Source: an uncultured Candidatus Saccharibacteria bacterium (GTDB taxonomy: Bacteria; Patescibacteriota; Minisyncoccia; 2-02-FULL-40-12; GWA2-44-9). Taken from it: a stretch of 64,000 nt of DNA. The notes under the pieces are model-generated. The model saw only the letters and a list, made by a program, of their open reading frames with translations, ran no database searches and was not told the origin of the DNA. Position 1 is the first letter of the stretch. Each line of letters begins with the position of its first letter. This document shows positions 57,192 through 64,000 of this stretch, piece after piece. A program made the translations under genes and the position numbers. The stretch spans positions 135,303 through 199,302 of the forward strand of contig CAZENF010000001.1 in NCBI GenBank assembly GCA_964513645.1. The letters are read 5' to 3'.

Positions 57192-58125
57192 AAAAATTCT
57201 CGTCACGGGCGGAGCCGGATTTCTCGGCTCTTTTGTCGTGAAAAAACTTCTCGAACGCGGCGTCCCCAAGAAAAATATATTTGTTCCACGTTCAAAAGAC
57301 CTCGACCTCCGTAAAATTGAGAACTGTGTCAAAGCCGTGAAAGGACGAGACGTCGTCATCCATCTCGCCGCCATCGTCGGCGGTATCGGTTATAACCAAA
57401 AAGTTCCCGGTCAAATGTTCTATGACAACCTGACGATGGGCGCCCAACTCTTAGAAGCGGCCCGGCAGAATAGAATTGAAAAGTTCATAGCCATCGGAAC
57501 AGTTTGCGCTTATCCCAAACACACACCGGTTCCTTTCAAAGAATCCGACCTCTGGAACGGCTATCCTGAAGAGACCAACGCCCCTTACGGTCTGGCCAAA
57601 AAAATGCTTCTCGTCCAGTCCCAGGCCTACCGCCAGGAATACGGGCTTAATTCTATTTACCTCCTACCGGTAAATCTCTACGGGCCCGGAGATAATTTTA
57701 ACGACAAAACTTCGCATGTCATTCCGGCTTTGATAAAAAAAGTAGCCGAAGCCAAGAGATCAGAACAAAAACACATCGAGGTCTGGGGTTCAGGCAAAGC
57801 CTCACGTGAATTTTTATACGTGGAAGATTGCGCCGAAGGAATTGTTTTGGCCGCAGAAAAATACGATAAACCTGAACCGGTAAACATCGGCGCCGGAAGA
57901 GAAATAAAAATTAAAGATCTGGTTACAACTATTTGCCGGTTAATGGATTTCAAGGGCGAGATAAGATGGGATAAAACCAAGCCAGACGGTCAACCCAGAA
58001 GAATGCTCGATACAACTCTCGCCAAAAAAGAATTCGGGTTCAAGGCAAAGATGGATTTTGAAGATGGCCTTACCAGAACTATCTCCTGGTACAAAAATCA
58101 AGAATTAAAAAGGCAGCCTTCATAG
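57175..58125 (+). CDS. fcl: GDP-L-fucose synthase
   Basis: [45 protein letters not shown]. Confidence 0.95.
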   Translation: MNLKNKKILVTGGAGFLGSFVVKKLLERGVPKKNIFVPRSKDLDLRKIENCVKAVKGRDVVIHLAAIVGGIGYNQKVPGQMFYDNLTMGAQLLEAARQNRIEKFIAIGTVCAYPKHTPVPFKESDLWNGYPEETNAPYGLAKKMLLVQSQAYRQEYGLNSIYLLPVNLYGPGDNFNDKTSHVIPALIKKVAEAKRSEQKHIEVWGSGKASREFLYVEDCAEGIVLAAEKYDKPEPVNIGAGREIKIKDLVTTICRLMDFKGEIRWDKTKPDGQPRRMLDTTLAKKEFGFKAKMDFEDGLTRTISWYKNQELKRQPS

Positions 58126-58782
58126 GCTGCCTCGCGGTATTACCAGTTCAGTGTAAAGTTCTTTCTGGTTATCAACCGTTTCCATTATCTTGGCCGCAAC
58201 TTTCTCCGGCTCGAGAAATGAATCAAAGTTCGGATGGTTATATTTCTTCCACATATCCGTCTTCATACTTGAAGGCAGGAAAAGAGAAACGTGAATGTTC
58301 GGGTCCTTGTTCTCAACACCCAAAGACCGGGTAAACCCGACCTGGGCATGTTTGGTCGCATCGTACAACGCTTCACCAGAACTCGCTTTTATCCCCGAGA
58401 CCGAAGCAATCGTCACAAAGTTCTTGGGAGACCCGGCATACTGGAACTGTTGCCAAACCTCATGGGCAATAAAAAGCGCGTTTCTGAAATTAACATCTAC
58501 CATCCGGATGATGTCTTTTTTGTCCTGGGACCGGAACTCTCCTCTTAGGAATTCCCCAGCAACCCAAAAAAAATTATCTACCGGACCGTCATTTTTCAAG
58601 CGTTCAATACAATTCATCACCATCATCAGGTTCGACAAATTGCACTTGTGAACCTGCCGGTTCTCTGTTTTGCTGTCCATAACCGAACGACTTATTTCAA
58701 TAGTATAATCACCTCTTTGTCGGCAAAGTTCGGTAATTTTAGCTCCCAACCCGCGTGATGCTCCTAAGATAATGGTTTTCAT
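58120..58782 (-). CDS. Short-chain dehydrogenase/reductase
   Basis: [17 protein letters not shown]. Confidence 0.85.
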   Translation of the reverse strand: MKTIILGASRGLGAKITELCRQRGDYTIEISRSVMDSKTENRQVHKCNLSNLMMVMNCIERLKNDGPVDNFFWVAGEFLRGEFRSQDKKDIIRMVDVNFRNALFIAHEVWQQFQYAGSPKNFVTIASVSGIKASSGEALYDATKHAQVGFTRSLGVENKDPNIHVSLFLPSSMKTDMWKKYNHPNFDSFLEPEKVAAKIMETVDNQKELYTELVIPRGSL

Positions 58783-58873
58783 ATTTCTTTTTCAAAAAAA
58801 CATTCGACGCTATTGTACCACAAAAAGCTATCCATTGCCAAAAATAATAAAAAGATATATCATTTCACTACTT

Positions 58874-59953
58874 ATGCCGAAAATAAAGAGAATTCTCGTG
58901 ACGAATGCAGGCGGTTCACCTTCTCTGAATTTTATAAATTCTCTCCATCTTTCTGGTGAGAAGTTCTATATTATTGGTATTGATGCAAATAAATATTCTC
59001 TTGAAAGAGGGGTAAATATTGATAGGAAATTCTTGGTTCCGTATTATAACGACCCCAACTACCTTCCTATCCTAAAGAGCATAATAAAAGAAACAAAACC
59101 TGATATGATCCACGTCCAAAACGACTATGAACTTGGCGTCGTATCAATCAATCGGGACAACATTAATGTTAAGAACTTTTTCCCCAGTAAAAAAACAATA
59201 AGGATCTGTCAGGATAAATTTCAGACATATGAAGCTTGGTCAAAAGCCGGACTGCCTCAGCCAAAAACTATTATAATAGCCAACAAGGAAGACCTTAAAA
59301 AAGCTTTCGATAAATTCGGCAGCCCTTTGTGGCTTCGCGAAATACATGGCGGAGCTGGTAAGGGTTCAATCATGGCCAAAGATATTGATATGGCGATTTC
59401 TTGGATAAATTTTTCTAAAGGCTGGGGTATTTTCACCGCAGCAGAATATCTTTCTCCGCAATCAATAACCTGGCAATCTATATGGAGAGACGGCGAACTC
59501 ATCATAGCCCAGAACCGCAAACGTTTGTATTGGGAATTCGCCAATCGCGCGCCTTCCGGCATAACTGGTTTAACTGGCACAGGGGTAACAGTTAAAGATA
59601 GGTCATTAGATAAGATGGCGATTCGGGCGATAAAAGCAGTTGACAATAAACCACATGGAATTTTCAGTGTTGATATGACTTATGATAAAAAGGGTGTCTT
59701 GAATCCGACAGAGATAAATATAGGACGTTTTTTTACCACTCATGAATTTTTCAGCCAAGCAGGTCTTAATATGCCATATATTTATGTAAAACTTGCGTTC
59801 AATGAACCGGTCAAAATAAATAAAAAACTTAATCCCCTGAAACCAGGTTTGGCCTGGGTCAGAGGTCTCGATTTTTTGCCCAAACTGACAACAATTTCAG
59901 CTATTAACTCTCATGAAGATAAATTAAAAAAAAGATTAAGTCGGATAAAATAA
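58874..59953 (+). CDS. ATP-grasp protein (CarB-like, polysaccharide cluster)
   Basis: ICQDKF, GGAGKG, EYL, TEINIGRF; start placed at MPKIK. Confidence 0.8.
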   Translation: MPKIKRILVTNAGGSPSLNFINSLHLSGEKFYIIGIDANKYSLERGVNIDRKFLVPYYNDPNYLPILKSIIKETKPDMIHVQNDYELGVVSINRDNINVKNFFPSKKTIRICQDKFQTYEAWSKAGLPQPKTIIIANKEDLKKAFDKFGSPLWLREIHGGAGKGSIMAKDIDMAISWINFSKGWGIFTAAEYLSPQSITWQSIWRDGELIIAQNRKRLYWEFANRAPSGITGLTGTGVTVKDRSLDKMAIRAIKAVDNKPHGIFSVDMTYDKKGVLNPTEINIGRFFTTHEFFSQAGLNMPYIYVKLAFNEPVKINKKLNPLKPGLAWVRGLDFLPKLTTISAINSHEDKLKKRLSRIK

Positions 59954-59976
59954 AAACCCCATTAAGGGGTTTTGTT

Positions 59977-60966
59977 CTATTTTCTTATTGTAGCTAAAAA
60001 TTCATCATAATTTCTTATATAATCCTCCGATTCATAAGGATGTGAAGCAAACACGAGAAGTGTTGCATTCTCGGAATGCCGGTATTGGGTTGCCCAGACC
60101 ATCGGTGGTATATAGAGACCAAGCGAAGGTTTGTTCAAATTTACTTCTGACCTGTTTTGTCCGTCATCGAGAACAACCGAAACACTGCCATGGGTGCATA
60201 TAAGGAATTGGATGCATTTTTTATGAGCATGCTCGCCCCTAGCTTGTCTGCCCGGAACATCGTAAGTGATAAAGAAACGTGAAGGGATAAACGGTATTTC
60301 TTTATCAAAAGATCCGACAGTTAAACTTCCCCGCAAATCAACATGTACTGACATGTGAAATAATCGGGCATTCCCTACTCCTATCTTTTCTAATCCAACA
60401 TTTGTATCCGAGAGGGTGAATTCTTTTTTTTGGTCAAAATGAGGAGTATCTATGTACCCAGTAATTACCGCCGGATTACCCATAACTATCGCCCGGGCAG
60501 GTACATTGTGAGTAACAACGGCTCCAGCTCCAACCATGGCTTCGGAACCAATAGTTAATCCTGGAAAAATAACAGACGCCGCTCCGATAGAGGCAGCTCT
60601 TCCTATATGAGTTTGGACTGGATCAACATGAAACTTGCTTCGTGGAAAAGGGTCGTTGGTAAAAGTTGCATTCGGACCGATAAAAACATCGTCACTTATC
60701 CGCAAACCGTTCCAGAGCTGAACTCCGTTTTTGACCGTAACTCGGTCACCGAGAACAACATCGTTCTCAATAAAAACATTGTTACAAATGTTACAATCTT
60801 TACCAATTACAGCGCCAGACAAAACATGAGCAAAGGCCCAGATCTTGGTTCCGTCCCCTACCTTATCCGTCTCACAAATTCCATGAGGATGAATAAAAAA
60901 ACTCACTAAGCCCACCTTTTTTAAAAAACTTGATACTATACTAAATTTAAGTTCAGTATCTGTCAA
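59977..60966 (-). CDS. WxcM-like bifunctional hexapeptide acyltransferase and FdtA-type cupin isomerase
   Basis: IWAFAHVL, FIGPNATFTND, GNPA; DLRGSL, RGEHAHK, GLYIPPMVW; start uncertain. Confidence 0.88.
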   Translation of the reverse strand: MTDTELKFSIVSSFLKKVGLVSFFIHPHGICETDKVGDGTKIWAFAHVLSGAVIGKDCNICNNVFIENDVVLGDRVTVKNGVQLWNGLRISDDVFIGPNATFTNDPFPRSKFHVDPVQTHIGRAASIGAASVIFPGLTIGSEAMVGAGAVVTHNVPARAIVMGNPAVITGYIDTPHFDQKKEFTLSDTNVGLEKIGVGNARLFHMSVHVDLRGSLTVGSFDKEIPFIPSRFFITYDVPGRQARGEHAHKKCIQFLICTHGSVSVVLDDGQNRSEVNLNKPSLGLYIPPMVWATQYRHSENATLLVFASHPYESEDYIRNYDEFLATIRK

Positions 60967-61011
60967 AACATAAGACCTTAAATTTTATGGAGGAGTAGAG
61001 AGGAGTTTGCG

Positions 61012-62166
61012 TTAATGAAGTATTGGGATACCTATTAATTTCTGCTGAGCAACATTAACATAGTGAAAAGCAATTGAAACATTGCCATTACCCGAATTAA
61101 CAGCTTCTAAATCCCCAATAAAGTTAGAATCGTGCCTGGAATCCGCCAAAGTACCATTGAGAACAGATACATTCGTATTGGTATCAGAAAAACTGGTAAA
61201 GGCGAATAATGCATCATTTACAGACAAGTTGGCAGATGTTGAATAATCGCCTGCAGCATTAATAAACTGTTTACTTATTGTACCTATGCCACCATTTGCC
61301 CCGAGAAAAGATGCCGAACTCCCTGTCATTCTTGAACTTGTATTCCAATTTGCTGAAACTAAATTAGTTCCGGGCATAGGGTTTGATAGTGTGAATATCC
61401 AAGTAAAGGCAAAAGCTCCGCCGCTACCAAAATCAGAAACAACCGGTGTCATTGGAGAACCACCGTACGTAATGGAAACACTACTAACCTCGTCTCTAAA
61501 TGCTAAACCCACAATTAAAAGATTGGCCCCGTTAGATACATGTGTCCAAGATATACTATTAACACCGCTTCCCGAAGTTTCTACTCCTGATGCAGAATCT
61601 AATGAAACCGCGGAACCTACAGAAGTAGTTATATCTACCCACGAGTTACCATTAAAACCCTTAAAATTCTTGGTCATTGTATTAAAGTATATTTGTCCGG
61701 CAACTGGGTTATCCGTCGGATCGGCAGATTTTTGGGCAACAGCAAGAGAGCCACCACCAACCAATACTTTGCCAGTTCCTGTAGGATTTAAGGATATGGA
61801 TTGGTTTGTGCCGTTAGCAGATACAGTATTAGTTGTAACCTGAGATACTTTAAGATTTTTATTTACATTATCCCAGAATAAATTTGAATTATCTCCTACT
61901 AACGCTGTCCCGGATGAAAATATCACTGAGCCAATAGGAAAAGAACTATTACCGGTTCCACCGTTGGATAATCCTAAAGTGCCGGAAAAATTTATAGTGT
62001 GAGTTCCGGTTCCGTTATTGCTTATGCTTATATTTGTACCTCCAGACAGTACTTGATCAACTGTTGCATCAAGATTAATTGTCTTGATAGCTCCCGCCGC
62101 CCAGACAACCCCGGCAGAAACTAATATTGTTACCGAAACCGATACAAAAACTTTTATTTTTTTCAT
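61012..62166 (-). CDS. Secreted Gly/Ser/Thr-rich surface protein with tail-fibre-like motifs
   Basis: Signal peptide; NGGTG, NLFWDN, GQIYFN..TK.FKGFNG.SW. Confidence 0.65.
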   Translation of the reverse strand: MKKIKVFVSVSVTILVSAGVVWAAGAIKTINLDATVDQVLSGGTNISISNNGTGTHTINFSGTLGLSNGGTGNSSFPIGSVIFSSGTALVGDNSNLFWDNVNKNLKVSQVTTNTVSANGTNQSISLNPTGTGKVLVGGGSLAVAQKSADPTDNPVAGQIYFNTMTKNFKGFNGNSWVDITTSVGSAVSLDSASGVETSGSGVNSISWTHVSNGANLLIVGLAFRDEVSSVSITYGGSPMTPVVSDFGSGGAFAFTWIFTLSNPMPGTNLVSANWNTSSRMTGSSASFLGANGGIGTISKQFINAAGDYSTSANLSVNDALFAFTSFSDTNTNVSVLNGTLADSRHDSNFIGDLEAVNSGNGNVSIAFHYVNVAQQKLIGIPILH

Positions 62167-62270
62167 ATTTTTTTAATTATTTAATTGGTTGTAAGATAGC
62201 ACACACAAATTCAATGTCAAAAGACTAAGGTATATTTTGCAGTTTATAAGATTTAATATATTATTTTCAT

Positions 62271-62966
62271 ATGAACCGAGCCGCACAACATAGCATTACA
62301 GTTATTATCCCTATTCACAGAAATCCTGAGTTTATAATAAGTTCCGTAGAAAAGATACAAAGTTTTCTTTCTAAAAACTTTGTATCTTTTGAAATAATTC
62401 TCCTCGATAGCGGATTAGGTGATTGCCCAGGTTTGTGCGATTTAATGGTTAAAAAATATAATACAGTCAGGGCAATCCACGACCCGATAAATACCGGTTT
62501 AGGACAGAAGATCAGAAGAGGTTATCACGAAGCTAAGAAAGATTTTATTTGGATGATACCTGTCGATATGCCTTTTTCTCTGGACCATATTTTTGAAGCA
62601 CTTCCTCTTTTGGAAGAATATGACTGCGTTTTCAGTTATCGTATCAACGATAAAAGGAATGCATGGCGCAGAATCCAAACCTCTGTCTACGGCCTAACAA
62701 CTAGAATATTTTTAGGAATAAAAGTCCGTAACGTCAATTCACAGTTTCATGTATTAAAAAGAGATGTAGTTCAGCCGTTAAAACTAATATCCAAAGAGTG
62801 GTTCATTGATGCGGAAGTATTATATTATATTACAAGACTTAACATTTCCTACACCGAAATACCTGTTGAAATGACTGAAGATGATAAAACAAAATCGAGT
62901 GTAAATAAGTTTGCCTTTTTGGGAGTATTAAAAGAGATGTTTTATTTTATAGCCGCAAATCTTTAG
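62271..62966 (+). CDS. Family 2 glycosyltransferase (DPM1-like)
   Basis: TVIIP, EIILLDSG, DAEVL, EIPV. Confidence 0.85.
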   Translation: MNRAAQHSITVIIPIHRNPEFIISSVEKIQSFLSKNFVSFEIILLDSGLGDCPGLCDLMVKKYNTVRAIHDPINTGLGQKIRRGYHEAKKDFIWMIPVDMPFSLDHIFEALPLLEEYDCVFSYRINDKRNAWRRIQTSVYGLTTRIFLGIKVRNVNSQFHVLKRDVVQPLKLISKEWFIDAEVLYYITRLNISYTEIPVEMTEDDKTKSSVNKFAFLGVLKEMFYFIAANL

Positions 62967-64000
62967 ATCCCAGATATCCTTTAACCTTCTTATAACATAG
63001 TCCTAAACCAAGAACTCCGAGAAGAATATATAGCGGTTCTATCTGAAAACGATAAAGCGCCGAGGCCATGATTCCTGTCAGACTGGCGACATAAATTACC
63101 AGACCTGAAAACAGATGGACCATAAAACGCTTCTCACGCTCCATATAAAAAGCAAAGACCGACATGGCAACAGTTCCCAAAAATAACAGGAACAGAAATG
63201 CCCTCTCGAGGACAACGCTGTAAGCAAATAAACTGGTGTCTTTAAATTTGAGAACCTCTTTGATGCTTATGTCCTCTTTTTGTTCCGGTGAAAATATCCT
63301 GAACCAGGCCCTCGCCCCGTCGCGGACAAAGAATTTAAAGAACAATTCGCTACGCGATTCGAACAAAGCTTTTGGTGATGAGAACATAATCTCAAGCGAA
63401 CGTTGTTTTAAATATGGCCACGCATCAAATTCCGAAGGAATTTCAGCCGGACCGACAGCATTTGGCAGACCGAGTTTATCCAACGCTTCTCTGGTTAGAA
63501 TTTTAGACGCCTGATCATAAGTAATGTGGTGAGTATAACTATAAACCGACGGTGCATCATAAAAATACATCTGTATCCAAAGAATGGAAGAAATATCGTA
63601 ATGACCGAAGACGAGATAATTTCTGAACTGCCACGGAAAAAGAACGGCAAAAAATATCAATACTAATGTAAGCGGCACAAGACAAAGCATTTTTTTATCA
63701 AAACTACTTTTGTTTAGATAACAATAATAGAAGAAAGAAAGAATGAACAAGACAACCAAATACTGGCCTATAGGTCTGATAAGAGCGGTCAGCGGTATTA
63801 GTATGGCCGTAAGCATGAGGTAAAGATTTCTTTTGCTTTCCAAGAATTTAAGCCAAAAATAGGCACTTAAGATAACCGCTGAAACAAATAATGTTTCCGT
63901 CAAAAACTCGAGCGGAGCTATCATTGATATCGGGGTGAATGAGAATACCGCGGCCGCAATATAGCCTAATTTTTGATAGTCAAGTTTAGAAGCAAAAAGG
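62947..64000 (-). CDS. Multi-TM GT-C glycosyltransferase (ArnT/PMT-like), 5' end beyond the window
   Basis: LTETLF, LIRP, PWQFRNY, YRF. Confidence 0.75.
   Translation of the reverse strand, partial: LFASKLDYQKLGYIAAAVFSFTPISMIAPLEFLTETLFVSAVILSAYFWLKFLESKRNLYLMLTAILIPLTALIRPIGQYLVVLFILSFFYYCYLNKSSFDKKMLCLVPLTLVLIFFAVLFPWQFRNYLVFGHYDISSILWIQMYFYDAPSVYSYTHHITYDQASKILTREALDKLGLPNAVGPAEIPSEFDAWPYLKQRSLEIMFSSPKALFESRSELFFKFFVRDGARAWFRIFSPEQKEDISIKEVLKFKDTSLFAYSVVLERAFLFLLFLGTVAMSVFAFYMEREKRFMVHLFSGLVIYVASLTGIMASALYRFQIEPLYILLGVLGLGLCYKKVKGYLGSKDLRL

Noticed and set aside
110-63514. Many antisense or nested ORFs in the track (e.g. 4456-4959, 7399-7923, 43330-43926, 61286-61843)
   Set aside because: These are shadows of well-supported genes in another frame or strand, with no motifs of their own.

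Overview
This 64-kb window looks like chromosome from a Patescibacteria/CPR (Parcubacteria-like) bacterium; that is inferred from the short AspRS, the VirD4-like ATPase pair, the sigma70-r4/HTH protein and the Cys-rich surface protein. It uses the standard genetic code. Core genes are uvrB, rpsT, ftsW, mraY, a D,D-carboxypeptidase, aspS, ddl, secDF, secA, hpf, dsbA/VKOR and maf, plus a surface-polysaccharide cluster at about 48-64 kb. The most notable locus is at tRNA-Lys(UUU), 11815-11887. (i) Upstream, a duplicated 5' tRNA half broken by two palindromic inserts runs straight into a small GIY-YIG nuclease. (ii) Downstream is an AT-rich ~6.6-kb integrated element. It has a coupled operon (small ORF, HUH rolling-circle Rep, large serine recombinase), a CTTGATA nick-site motif beside a hairpin, and cargo: a DpnA-like methylase with a nuclease, and a HEPN/partner/trypsin module. 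(iii) The element is followed by an array of att-like sites (TGTTCNAA-N13-GGCGGAC at 18421, 18632 and 20638) that bracket further cassettes, including an orphan RHS toxin-immunity pair. Separately, three 75-114-bp inverted-repeat elements (ATCCCGTACGAAGT...ACTTCGTACGGGAT) sit exactly on ATGAA start codons of three unrelated genes. All calls come from reading the sequence and recognising motifs; no database searches were run.
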